Below are positions 10,428 through 19,151 of a stretch of 64,000 nucleotides of DNA, piece by piece (the stretch's first letter is position 1; each line of letters opens with the position of its first letter). Origin of the DNA: a virus. The translations under genes and the position numbers were made by a program. Location of the stretch: IMG/VR virus record IMGVR_UViG_3300030320_000049. One strand, given 5' to 3'. The notes below the pieces were generated by a model that saw only the letters and a list, made by a program, of their open reading frames with translations, ran no database searches and was not told where the DNA came from.

Positions 10428-10790
10428 TTATTCATCCTGCCTGCCCTTTTCATGGTTAAGCTCAAAGTTTGCCTGCATGAGTTGCAAGCTTGCCAAAAGT
10501 GCGTTTCTCTGTTTTTTCTTTTCTTCTTCGGAAAGTATGCCTTCCTGTTTACGCCTTTCTTCCTCCGCTGATTCCAGTAAAGGTTTTTTCAAATACTCAG
10601 CCTTGGATTTTTTCCCCATTAAAGCATTTGCAACAGCTGTGAATGTGGCTGATGTTTCATAAATGCCTGCTTGCCAAAGCTCAGCGTCTTTTCTCTTTTG
10701 CCGTATCTTTTCTGCTTCGAGATAAGGCTTTAACTCTGTTGGGGTGGAATCCATAAATTCTTCTTTAGATACGCCAATAGAGAGGTACAA
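10428..10790 (-). CDS. Tail assembly chaperone, -1 frame extension (gpT-like part of G/GT)
   Basis: ORF is in the -1 frame relative to 10826..11254. That frame stays open upstream through the stop of the G-like ORF. Position between major tail protein and TMP. Confidence 0.6.
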   Translation of the reverse strand: MYLSIGVSKEEFMDSTPTELKPYLEAEKIRQKRKDAELWQAGIYETSATFTAVANALMGKKSKAEYLKKPLLESAEEERRKQEGILSEEEKKKQRNALLASLQLMQANFELNHEKGRQDE

Positions 10791-10825
10791 AGGAAGAATC
10801 TCTTGGTAAACAGCTTCTCGAAAAG

Positions 10826-11254
10826 TTAATTTTTCTTTTTGTGATCCTGTGGAAGCTTCGTTGCATTCTTCTCCACTGCCTGTGCTTCTGCTACTGCATT
10901 CAGCAGACCGGATAAAAAACCATTTTTCTCCAATTCTTTATCAAGAAGTTGGTATAAATCAAATCCGCTTTTCGGATTTTCCTCAGTTCCTTCATCTTCG
11001 TAATCATCCAAAAGGTCACAGACTTTATTAAGAACAGCTTCTTTTTCAGAATCACTTTCATACCCAAACTCTTCCTTGTGTTTCTTTTGAAGTCCGGCAA
11101 GAAGCAGTTCCGGAAGAAGAGAAATCATCTTCTGAAGGCTTCTCTCTTTTCCATCTGTAATTCCCTGTACCTTGTCCAGCACATCTGTTTTTGTAAGAAG
11201 TCCGTATCCGAATACAACCTTATACTCTTTTCCATGTACATTGAAAGTTACCAT
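10826..11254 (-). CDS. Tail assembly chaperone (gpG-like)
   Basis: 142-aa acidic protein between major tail protein and TMP. Ends ...CAC AAA AAG AAA AAT TAA. Confidence 0.7.
   Translation of the reverse strand: MVTFNVHGKEYKVVFGYGLLTKTDVLDKVQGITDGKERSLQKMISLLPELLLAGLQKKHKEEFGYESDSEKEAVLNKVCDLLDDYEDEGTEENPKSGFDLYQLLDKELEKNGFLSGLLNAVAEAQAVEKNATKLPQDHKKKN
10835..10841 (-). promoter_or_regulatory. Candidate -1 programmed frameshift slippery site C_AAA_AAG
   Basis: Read from sequence: zero frame CAC AAA AAG AAA AAT TAA; -1 frame CAA AAA GAA AAA TTA ACT... is open into ORF 10428..10790. Confidence 0.45.
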
Positions 11255-11276
11255 TTTATAATCCTCCCATTATTTT

Positions 11277-11750
11277 TTATATTTCTGATGTAGTTACAAC
11301 CTTTGTATCGAGTCCTTTGTAATCATTTATAATTAATGATATCGGGATGGTCGCAGCTTCATTTTGACCGATTTCTGGAAGAGGAATTGCTCGTCCTGTT
11401 TCGGCAACAATAAAAAATGCTTTTTCGAGATCTGGGAAAGCAACTTCGAACCAGGTTGAAAGGCCTTTAGCTTTTGCGTCTTTAGAGTCTTTAAAAAGTT
11501 TTTCGATTGCAGTTATAACGTCAGCATTCATGTTAAAAGTAACTTCCCATGCGCCTCCAGTATCCTGCCTTCCTGCCGCATATTGTGTGAAATAATCTTC
11601 TAATGCGGAAACATCAATCTGTTCGGTGTCAAGACTTATTCCACCGATTGAATTACACCTTTTTAATTGAGTAAATGCAGTTGGCTTTGTTCCACTCACT
11701 GTTTCTACGGCATAATGGAAAGTTACGCCAAGTGTTGTTAAATCTGCCAT
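11277..11750 (-). CDS. Major tail protein (TP901-1/phi13-like)
   Basis: 157 aa, MADLTTLGVTFHYAVETVSGTKPTAFTQLKRCNSIGGISLDTEQIDVSALED pattern. Sits upstream of the chaperones. Confidence 0.75.
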   Translation of the reverse strand: MADLTTLGVTFHYAVETVSGTKPTAFTQLKRCNSIGGISLDTEQIDVSALEDYFTQYAAGRQDTGGAWEVTFNMNADVITAIEKLFKDSKDAKAKGLSTWFEVAFPDLEKAFFIVAETGRAIPLPEIGQNEAATIPISLIINDYKGLDTKVVTTSEI

Positions 11751-11825
11751 TTTGATAGGCTCCTTTCTTTCATTTAAGTTTTAAGCACGTAACCCTGTGC
11801 AGGGAGATAGCGGATCACCGCCTTT

Positions 11826-12119
11826 CTACTCTTCTTTTCCTGCTTGCTTGATAAGTTGATTTACATAATTACTTAATCCGGCAACGATAATGCCTTGTGT
11901 AATTGCGGTAAACAATGCCATTGCAACTTCCTGTGAACCGGAAACTGTAGATGTTGCAAAAACATAAAGGCCGCAAATTAACACGCCGAGAATCCCTAAG
12001 ATCATCGGAATAAATTTGTCAGAAATATTTTCTGATTTTTTAATCATTGCCCCGATGAAATAAAGAACTACAACGACAACAAGTAATTCCGGCTTTACAT
12101 AGCTTAAAATCTGATCCAT
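11826..12119 (-). CDS. Holin-like 3-TM membrane protein (97 aa)
   Basis: Three hydrophobic segments and a charged C-terminus (NQLIKQAGKEE). Resembles phi-LC3/LL-H type holins. Confidence 0.5.
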   Translation of the reverse strand: MDQILSYVKPELLVVVVVLYFIGAMIKKSENISDKFIPMILGILGVLICGLYVFATSTVSGSQEVAMALFTAITQGIIVAGLSNYVNQLIKQAGKEE

Positions 12120-12177
12120 AATCTCACCTCGCTTTCGTTTTAGGCATAAAAAAAGAACGTCTATGCGTTCATTTGGT

Positions 12178-12579
12178 TTAAAGTAATTTTCCTGTATATA
12201 TTCGGCTGTATCGGCTCACAAGCTTTTTAATTCCACTGTCACCAAAAAACATAGGTTCCGGTCCGTATGTGCGGCGGAATCCCATGCTCACCATAGTTAT
12301 GTGACTTATCTTGTCCAATTCATACAATCTGGTTAATGCTTTGCTCCCAGATGTGAAGCAATTTACTTGAAATGATGGCATTGTTGCGCATTCATCCCCT
12401 TCTAAATCACCTCTCGTAATTGGGTTTCCGAGCATATAAAGCTGTGCATATGCCTTTTTGCCGGAAGCATTTGTTTCGCTTCCGTCCATGGAATAATTGT
12501 CTGCGCCGGTAATCTTAGAAACAGCCGCTCCCCACCTTGAAAAAACTTCCAATACAGGAGATTCTATTGTGTCTGGCAT
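12178..12579 (-). CDS. Tail completion/terminator-like protein
   Basis: Position immediately upstream of the major tail region. Likely start is MPDTIESPV (ATG 12579). Confidence 0.4.
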   Translation of the reverse strand: MPDTIESPVLEVFSRWGAAVSKITGADNYSMDGSETNASGKKAYAQLYMLGNPITRGDLEGDECATMPSFQVNCFTSGSKALTRLYELDKISHITMVSMGFRRTYGPEPMFFGDSGIKKLVSRYSRIYTGKLL

Positions 12580-12705
12580 ATCTGTCACCTCACAATAAAA
12601 AATGCGCCCACTTTTAGAGTGAACGCATTGCATATCATGCTACAATTTAACACTGTAATGATAACATAATTGGTTGGTATCATTCAGTATATTATAGTAT
12701 CTTCT

Positions 12706-13221
12706 TTAGGAAGAGAATACCTCTTTGGCAATTTTGCGGATATTCTGAATGATTTCTACACTGGCTTTATACATTGGCATTGTAGCTTCTGTACCGTAAG
12801 AACGTACCCATTCGCCGGAATCAGAAATATATACCCAGGAATCGTTTTTTCCTTTTCCTTGTCCGTAAGAACCGATTGTATAACCAAATTCTTCTCCTTT
12901 TGGATGTGGGCTAGAACCGGCTGCACCATTGTAGTGAATACCTGCGCCGAATTCTATATACAAAAGGTCTATTCCTTCACATATTAAATGGGCTTCTGCA
13001 TAGTCCCCAAAACTGTTAATTTTGATATAAGTATTATGGTTCTTATCGGAATCGCCTTGTGCTGCTAAAATATTTTGATTAATGACTGGAATCCCTAATT
13101 CACATAATCTTTTTATGAAAATTTCATTTTTGTTCCTTAAAGATTTTTGATAATTTTTTATTTCATCAATAGCTTTTTGGATTGATTTCTGCGATAAGGT
13201 ACACTTTATTGTCTTACCCAT
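12706..13221 (-). CDS. HK97 gp10-like tail component
   Basis: Pattern LLYIEFGAGIHYNG...PMYKASVEI and position in the module. Start taken at MGKTIK after RBS AGAGGGAA. Confidence 0.5.
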   Translation of the reverse strand: MGKTIKCTLSQKSIQKAIDEIKNYQKSLRNKNEIFIKRLCELGIPVINQNILAAQGDSDKNHNTYIKINSFGDYAEAHLICEGIDLLYIEFGAGIHYNGAAGSSPHPKGEEFGYTIGSYGQGKGKNDSWVYISDSGEWVRSYGTEATMPMYKASVEIIQNIRKIAKEVFSS

Positions 13222-13606
13222 CTTCATTCCCTCTTTTAGAAATTCCATATCTGGCAATATTGCCTTTTTGTGTGTCTAAAATCTTCTTTAACACGTAGTC
13301 TGGCAATACTGTAGGCTCTCCATTTTCGTCCAAAATAAGGCTTCCATCCTCTCTTATTTGTGGGATTCTGTCTATCCAAAATATGTCCGCTTCCTGTGGA
13401 TGGAAATTTCGATTAAAGCTTGTAATGTATCTGTCATAATCTGGAACTATTCCGGCTGCAATTTCTTCTGGCGTTCCGGCTGTAGATGATACGGAAAAAG
13501 AGAACAGAACTGGCTTCTCATAAACTTTAATACGGTCTAATCCTTCTGTTTTTTCGGTTATTCGCGACCAATATACTTTTTGCTTTTGACGGACTAATCC
13601 TCTCAT
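13214..13606 (-). CDS. Head-closure/head-tail adaptor-like protein
   Basis: ATGA start/stop overlap with upstream ORF at 13603-13606. Call is by position in the head-tail joining block. Confidence 0.4.
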   Translation of the reverse strand: MRGLVRQKQKVYWSRITEKTEGLDRIKVYEKPVLFSFSVSSTAGTPEEIAAGIVPDYDRYITSFNRNFHPQEADIFWIDRIPQIREDGSLILDENGEPTVLPDYVLKKILDTQKGNIARYGISKRGNEDG

Positions 13607-13989
13607 GCAATCATCCTTTCTGCCCCGATAGGAGCCACATATGTGAACTGGTTTCCTAAAATATCTCTGGCTGTGCCAATCACGAAATGGCTGTAGTCTG
13701 CCAGAATATTGCATACAAATTCTTCTGCATCAACCCAATATCGTTTCTTAACCATGCGGTGAAGTTCTGGCAGTAAACCATAGCTGAACATTACGCAATG
13801 TCCTAATTCATGGATAAATACACGGTTTAGAAGTTCTCCATATAGGTTGTTCGCAATCGAAATTGTCATTGTGGAGTAATCGGATACAGCAAGTGTCCTC
13901 TGCCCTGTACGGTCAATCAAAACATTATCATTGGGAGAAACAAAGCGCACTCTCCATAAGTCCCCGTTCATATAGAATTGTTTCAGCAT
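13603..13989 (-). CDS. Small HExxH zinc-metallopeptidase-motif protein (128 aa)
   Basis: FIHELGHCVMF motif seen in translation. Confidence 0.5.
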   Translation of the reverse strand: MLKQFYMNGDLWRVRFVSPNDNVLIDRTGQRTLAVSDYSTMTISIANNLYGELLNRVFIHELGHCVMFSYGLLPELHRMVKKRYWVDAEEFVCNILADYSHFVIGTARDILGNQFTYVAPIGAERMIA

Positions 13990-14062
13990 GGCTTATCACC
14001 ATCCTTTCTACGAAAAAAGCCCCTGCCGCACTACTGCAACAAGGGCTTAATCAATATTGTAA

Positions 14063-14689
14063 TCATGTCATCTGCTGAACCAAACGGCTCAGGTCAGTTT
14101 TCATCTGCTGTCTGAGCGTTGCATCTGCATCCGACCACATTTCCGTAAGGTTACGAATAATATCTGATGTGTATTCTTTCATGGAATCATCCATTTTTCT
14201 CTTGGATTCAGCATCCTTAGAATCATGATAGTGTCTACGATTCTCATCGTATTTATCATAAGATTCTCCGTATCTGGACTTCTTCCAATTCATACCATCA
14301 TTTTCCATATCACTACGCTCTGGATGATATCCCATGCGGTACATATTGCGCTCAAATTCTGGATTGTTTAAATACTCATCCATCCAGTCATCATCCTGCA
14401 TATACAGATACGGTCTATAGCCTTTTCTGGTTCCCCTACCTTTTGGAGCGAAACGCCCATTTGAATAGCGGTAACGGTCATATCCCATGCGTCCAAGATA
14501 CTTTTCTTCCTGTTCGCATTCGTCCATAGCTTCTACAATGCGATAATCTTTATCAGCGCAAATCGCACATTTTACTGCTTCCATGCAGTCTTTCAGATCG
14601 TCCCAATCTTGAGCACTGAGATTATCAAATCCATGTGTTTTGGCTTTTTCCATAGCCCATTTTCCCATTTCCATTGCTGTCTTATGCAT
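14063..14689 (-). CDS. Highly charged Arg/Tyr/Asp/Met-rich hypothetical protein (208 aa)
   Basis: ORF track; low-complexity RYRYSNGRFAPKGRGTRKGYRPYLYMQDDDWMDEY. Confidence 0.4.
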   Translation of the reverse strand: MHKTAMEMGKWAMEKAKTHGFDNLSAQDWDDLKDCMEAVKCAICADKDYRIVEAMDECEQEEKYLGRMGYDRYRYSNGRFAPKGRGTRKGYRPYLYMQDDDWMDEYLNNPEFERNMYRMGYHPERSDMENDGMNWKKSRYGESYDKYDENRRHYHDSKDAESKRKMDDSMKEYTSDIIRNLTEMWSDADATLRQQMKTDLSRLVQQMT

Positions 14690-15113
14690 TCACGATACCT
14701 CCCCTCTTCACAGCCTGTACAACATTTTCAGCTGTTGGGGCTGTACCATTGATTGCAGTCAGATTGTTATTCGGGCTACATGCCGGGTTTCCTAACATTT
14801 TGAACACTCCACCAGTAGCACTTGTTACAACTCTGGTTGCGTATTTTGTTCTTGTTCTAACACCACATGCTGTTACCTGTGCGCAGCAACGATTCTCTAG
14901 CGGATACAATGTTGTTCCTGTTCCTATCTGAATCATCACTGGGGCGGTAATTGTGGTTGTATTTGGAATAGATTGTGCTAAAACAATGCAGTATTTTTCT
15001 CCATTATTGTAGCTTCCTTCCGGGATAGTAACCACAAGATTTCCACCTGTGAATGCAATTGCAGTAGAGAGCACAAGGTGATTACAGAGCTTACAAACAT
15101 TCTTACATGCCAT
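14682..15113 (-). CDS. Cys-rich (8 Cys) Thr/Asn-rich hypothetical protein (143 aa)
   Basis: ORF track; CKNVCKLC at the N-terminus, RCCAQVTAC internally. Confidence 0.45.
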   Translation of the reverse strand: MACKNVCKLCNHLVLSTAIAFTGGNLVVTIPEGSYNNGEKYCIVLAQSIPNTTTITAPVMIQIGTGTTLYPLENRCCAQVTACGVRTRTKYATRVVTSATGGVFKMLGNPACSPNNNLTAINGTAPTAENVVQAVKRGGIVNA

Positions 15114-15190
15114 ATTTTTTACCTCTCAATCAATAAGAGGTGAGCCGTAACCCACCTCTTAGAATTAGTCAACCTCTAAGGGTGAGTTAC

Positions 15191-15991
15191 TTAGCAACAA
15201 CCGTTACCATATGTATTACATCCTGCATATGCATATGGAGCTGGAACCTGGAATGCAGGAATCGGAGCAGGATTGATTGCATTGATTAACTGCTGTGTCT
15301 GAGAAGCCATTGCAGTTGTAAGCAATGCAGACTGGCGATCCTGGGAAGCAGCACGTTTCAGATCAGAATTCTCTGCCTGTAATGTTGCAATCTTATCCTG
15401 AGTTAAGAAATCTAACAGCGCTCTCGTGTTGCTGTTCTGATTTTCCAGAAGGTCTCTGGTGTTGTTGTTCATTGTATTCTGCAATGCACAAGTGTTGGTA
15501 GCCAGGTTATAGTTGATACCCTGGATAGCTTCTCTAGTCTCGCAGCAACAATTTGCTAACTGAGACTGTAATGCATTGGTATTCTGCATACCGGCTACAG
15601 TATCAGCATTGATTGCCTGCTGAACGCCATTAAAACCTTGAAGCATTCCGACGTTCACGCCGTTGAAACCGCTCTGCATGGTATTGTTAAGCGCATATGT
15701 GCTATCACAAATGCCCTGCTGAATACCTCTGATACCATTCTGAATATCATTCAGAGCAAAGCCCTCGTTGATATCCGCTCTGGTAGCCCATCCTTGGAAA
15801 CCTGCACCATTTGTACCGTTTCCACCATTGCCGCCCCAGCCGCCAAAGCCGCCGAAACCGCCCCAGCCAAAGATAAGCAATATTATAATCCACCATGCCC
15901 AGCCACCGCCAAAGCCATAGCCTTCATCTGCACGGTTATTAGAGCCGCTTAATACAGCGACATCGCTTGCTGATAATCCACCATTCATCAT
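15191..15991 (-). CDS. Gly/Trp-rich single-pass membrane protein with Asn/Gln-rich helical region and Cys-rich C-terminus (266 aa)
   Basis: GYGFGGGWAWWIIILLIFGWGGFGGFGGWGGNGGNG, then N/Q-rich repeats; ends GCNTYGNGCC. Confidence 0.5.
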   Translation of the reverse strand: MMNGGLSASDVAVLSGSNNRADEGYGFGGGWAWWIIILLIFGWGGFGGFGGWGGNGGNGTNGAGFQGWATRADINEGFALNDIQNGIRGIQQGICDSTYALNNTMQSGFNGVNVGMLQGFNGVQQAINADTVAGMQNTNALQSQLANCCCETREAIQGINYNLATNTCALQNTMNNNTRDLLENQNSNTRALLDFLTQDKIATLQAENSDLKRAASQDRQSALLTTAMASQTQQLINAINPAPIPAFQVPAPYAYAGCNTYGNGCC

Positions 15992-16068
15992 AGCGATTAC
16001 CTCCTTATTGATTTTTGTAATTTATACAAAATCAAAAGACCGCGGCTCTTTTAATTATTGTAGCGAAT

Positions 16069-16308
16069 TTATTTTATTCCAAACTGGTTCTTAACCTGCG
16101 ACAGTATATCGTCTGGATTAATATTTCTTTCTTTACAAAGATTTCTTGCAAGTTTTTCAATTCCTGCATTATCACCTTTTTCCATCATGTTAATTGCATT
16201 GTCAATTACAGGATTATTTCCAGATTGCTGTTTCATCATATTGATTATGGCTTGTTGAGGATTCCCTCCACCACGTATCATCTGCATAAGTTGCATTGGA
16301 TTCATCAT
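16069..16308 (-). CDS. hypothetical Met/Asn/Gln-rich protein (79 aa)
   Basis: ORF track; ATGA-type overlap with the upstream ORF. Confidence 0.4.
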   Translation of the reverse strand: MMNPMQLMQMIRGGGNPQQAIINMMKQQSGNNPVIDNAINMMEKGDNAGIEKLARNLCKERNINPDDILSQVKNQFGIK

Positions 16309-16793
16309 CTCTGTTTACCTCCATTCTGCTTGGGTTCCGATGTTCCAGACATTTGTGTCGGGAACATACTCTTTATTTCGGAAATCTCAGAACAAACATC
16401 GTTCCGAAGCTGATTAAACATAGCTTCTATGTCAATCGGTTTTTCTTCTGCCTTTGGTTGCTGTTGTTCTTCCGGATTTATAAGTCGATAAACAAAAATT
16501 CTACTTCTTCCATCTGCCTGTAATTGTTTTCTATATATTTCTGTTCCATCTGTTTTTGGATAATAAACAGGATTACCGGACATATCTACATCTTTTGCCT
16601 TTACAGTATCAATGCCATCAACCATCTGTCCTTGCAACATGGGGATTTGTGGCACTTGTGGCATTGGTTGTTGAATTTGTGCCTGTCCGTATGGCATTGC
16701 CTGCTGATAACTATTCTGCAATTGTGCTAATCTATCTTGATACGGCTGTATTTGTTGAAATGGTTGCGCAAAATACGGATTACCATACTGCAT
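16305..16793 (-). CDS. Gln/Pro-rich N-terminus protein (162 aa)
   Basis: MQYGNPYFAQPFQQIQPYQDRLAQLQNSYQQAMPYGQAQIQQPMPQVPQIPMLQGQ low-complexity head; RBS GGGAGG upstream. Confidence 0.45.
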   Translation of the reverse strand: MQYGNPYFAQPFQQIQPYQDRLAQLQNSYQQAMPYGQAQIQQPMPQVPQIPMLQGQMVDGIDTVKAKDVDMSGNPVYYPKTDGTEIYRKQLQADGRSRIFVYRLINPEEQQQPKAEEKPIDIEAMFNQLRNDVCSEISEIKSMFPTQMSGTSEPKQNGGKQR

Positions 16794-16886
16794 ATCTCAA
16801 ACCTCCCTTGTTTTTATAACTATATTTTACAATAATAAAAGGTTGATTAACACGCCATGATAACGCCATAAATACGCCATTTTCTA

Positions 16887-17123
16887 TTAATACAAAGAAA
16901 AGCCCCGACAATACATCGGGGCAACTTTCATAATTTTCTTCTTTAATTTTCTGTTTATGCGGTCTACGGTTCTTGGGCTGTAGCCCATGATTTCTGAAGC
17001 TTCTGCAAGTGTTTTTTCTTCGTAAACACGCAATCGGAATAACTCTTTTTCTCTGGAATCAAATCCAGCTTCACGCAAATAGAAGATTCTTTCATCTTCC
17101 GAAAAGTCTTTATAATCATCCAT
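16887..17123 (-). CDS. Sigma-70 region-4-like HTH regulator (78 aa)
   Basis: REKELFRLRVYEEKTLAEASEIMGYSPRTVDRINRKLKKKI is a region-4/LuxR-type HTH. Confidence 0.6.
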   Translation of the reverse strand: MDDYKDFSEDERIFYLREAGFDSREKELFRLRVYEEKTLAEASEIMGYSPRTVDRINRKLKKKIMKVAPMYCRGFSLY

Positions 17124-17155
17124 TCCACCGTCCTCCCTGTTAGTGGAACCAATAT

Positions 17156-17467
17156 TTACACCGGGAAAATGCCTTTTAGGGCAAAGCCTAAAACAATACC
17201 AATTATGCCGGTTATGACATAAGCAATTATTTTGTCCTGTAACTTTCCTGGCTTTTCCATGAGTGATTTTAAATTGTCGTTCATTTCGTCAACTGTATCC
17301 TTAATGTGTCCCAGATCGTTGTTGTATAAAGCAATTTTCTGTTCTAGCGCATTGATACGATTAAAAAAGCCTTCATCCCTTTTGGAATGCTTTTCTTTCA
17401 TCTCATGGACGGCACTTTCCAATTCTTTCAAGCGGTGTTCGTTGATACACTCGTGTTCACATCCCAT
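17156..17467 (-). CDS. XhlA-like coiled-coil protein with C-terminal TM
   Basis: Coiled-coil N-terminus and C-terminal IIAYVITGIIGIVLGFALKGIF. Confidence 0.45.
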   Translation of the reverse strand: MGCEHECINEHRLKELESAVHEMKEKHSKRDEGFFNRINALEQKIALYNNDLGHIKDTVDEMNDNLKSLMEKPGKLQDKIIAYVITGIIGIVLGFALKGIFPV

Positions 17468-17574
17468 CGCTATTCCTTTCCATCACTCCCATTTTTAAGA
17501 TATTGCTTCTACCCACCTAATTTGAAGCACCCCTGCGATACGTGGGAGGATTGACGTATCACGCACACACCATC

Positions 17575-17892
17575 TTAGAATCCGATAAATGGAAATACAC
17601 CATGATTTACATAGATTTCAGTTTCGGAAGTCCAATTTCTGTTTACAGAAGATTCGGAATGTGATCCTTGGAATTCAGCTCCCTGTTTCACCAGAAAGAA
17701 AAGAGCCAAATCAAATATGCAATCATAGCAGTTTTCCATATCGGAATTTATTTTCTCATCACTGTAAGATGAAGGATAATTCCTTTTCTTCTTAAATGAA
17801 CGAATAGCCCTATTTACTGAAAGAATCACCCTCGCAGTTTCTACATCATCTTCAAGATAATTTGTCAAATCCTCTATAAGCTGTTCGTCCAT
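17575..17892 (-). CDS. Head-tail connector (gp6-like / DNA-packaging adaptor)
   Basis: Position after the capsid gene; LIEDLTNYLEDDVETARVILSVNRAIRSFKKKRNY pattern. Confidence 0.5.
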   Translation of the reverse strand: MDEQLIEDLTNYLEDDVETARVILSVNRAIRSFKKKRNYPSSYSDEKINSDMENCYDCIFDLALFFLVKQGAEFQGSHSESSVNRNWTSETEIYVNHGVFPFIGF

Positions 17893-17900
17893 TTAATCAC

Positions 17901-18109
17901 CTACCTTTGCTGAGATAAAATCTCTGATATTATTCCAGCCTTATTAGTTGCTGTCAGGGCATAGCCGTTATCACTTGCAAGTTGTCTTAACTGTGATACA
18001 GTCATATTAGACAACTCGCTTTCTGTATACTTATGTGTCGATTCGTCATAAACACTCGCTACAGATGGTGACTGGCTGTTTTCATCGAGACTATGCCCGG
18101 TTATTCCCC
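17901..18109 (-). CDS. ORF without its own start, ending in a HeH/SAP-like motif; possible -1 frameshift extension of the capsid protein
   Basis: -1 frame relative to the capsid gene. No ATG/GTG/TTG in frame between the capsid stop and codon NMT. C-terminus TVSQLRQLASDNGYALTATNKAGIISEIL. Confidence 0.35.
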
Positions 18110-19138
18110 CGCTTTGGTACCGATCACGATACCACCGTTTGCTTTTGGTGCAACAGGGACGAACATACCGGATGCTTTTGTCCATACTGCAACTGGGTCT
18201 GGTGTAGCCCACATGGAAAGAGTTACGAAAGAACGGTTCTCTTCCTGTATAAACTGTCTGTATTCAAGCTCTTCTGGTGTCACACCCCAGAGGCCAACAC
18301 CGAAAGAACCGTTAGCATCTGCTTCATACAGAGTAAATACATCCTCTTTGAGGTATCTGGCTGTTTTCAGGGTTCCATCTGCTTTTCTGAAATTAAAGTT
18401 CTCATCACAACGATCAATTGTGATTCCATATTCCTGCATAAGCAGATTGGCAAGCTCCTGCTTTGTGAGAAGCCTTTTATTTGCAGCACCCAGAACAGCT
18501 GTCTGCATTGCAGTGTTGTTCCGCATGTAGTTAATCATTTTAAGAGAAGTAACAGCTTTGTTTACTACATAGCCATTGCCTTCTGCTACAGCTACCATTT
18601 TCTGGATATCGCCCATGATATCTGCATCTGGCTTAGACCAATCAGTAAGCGTTACTTTTGCACTTGCTGGAACGCCATAGTCAATTCCCATGTCAACATG
18701 GTTCTCTTTGATTGTTACAGCGCCGGTGGAAAGGAACTGTCCTTTCATAACATTTGCTCTTGTAACAACGCCCTCGAACAGTCTGGCTGCATCATCAAAT
18801 ACAAAGTTTTTCAGTGCTTCATTATCCGGCACACCGTTTTCAATTGCCTGCCGTAAGTTTTCGGACTGATTGATTTTTCTCTTAATGAAGAGTTTTTCAG
18901 TCAGGACTTTTTCAAATCCAGGTCTTGTGCCGATTTCTGCTTCGCTATCAAGAGCGTGGACGAATGCAACTTCCGGGAGATTCTGTCCAGCCATAAGTCT
19001 GTAATACTCTGCTTTCAGATACTGGGTTTTTGTATCTGGGAAAATGGTATCGAGGATACCTGGTCTTTTAACGCTGAAATTCTGAGAGAAATTAAGTCTT
19101 TCTTCTTGGGTAATTGATTCCAAAATATTAAATGGCAT
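18101..19138 (-). CDS. Major capsid protein (lambda gpE-like family)
   Basis: 345 aa. Position after scaffold/decoration genes. MPFNILESITQEERLNF...YYRLMAG...WATPDPVAVW pattern. Confidence 0.8.
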   Translation of the reverse strand: MPFNILESITQEERLNFSQNFSVKRPGILDTIFPDTKTQYLKAEYYRLMAGQNLPEVAFVHALDSEAEIGTRPGFEKVLTEKLFIKRKINQSENLRQAIENGVPDNEALKNFVFDDAARLFEGVVTRANVMKGQFLSTGAVTIKENHVDMGIDYGVPASAKVTLTDWSKPDADIMGDIQKMVAVAEGNGYVVNKAVTSLKMINYMRNNTAMQTAVLGAANKRLLTKQELANLLMQEYGITIDRCDENFNFRKADGTLKTARYLKEDVFTLYEADANGSFGVGLWGVTPEELEYRQFIQEENRSFVTLSMWATPDPVAVWTKASGMFVPVAPKANGGIVIGTKAGE

Positions 19139-19151
19139 TTGTCATACCTCC

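Noticed and set aside
18035-18856. Long plus-strand ORFs antisense to structural genes. Examples: 18035..18856 (273 aa), 19648..20277, 5932..6567 and 60331..60984.
   Set aside because: They lie entirely inside stronger minus-strand genes with recognisable products. They have Cys/Phe/Ser-rich nonsense composition and no RBS, so they are shadow ORFs.
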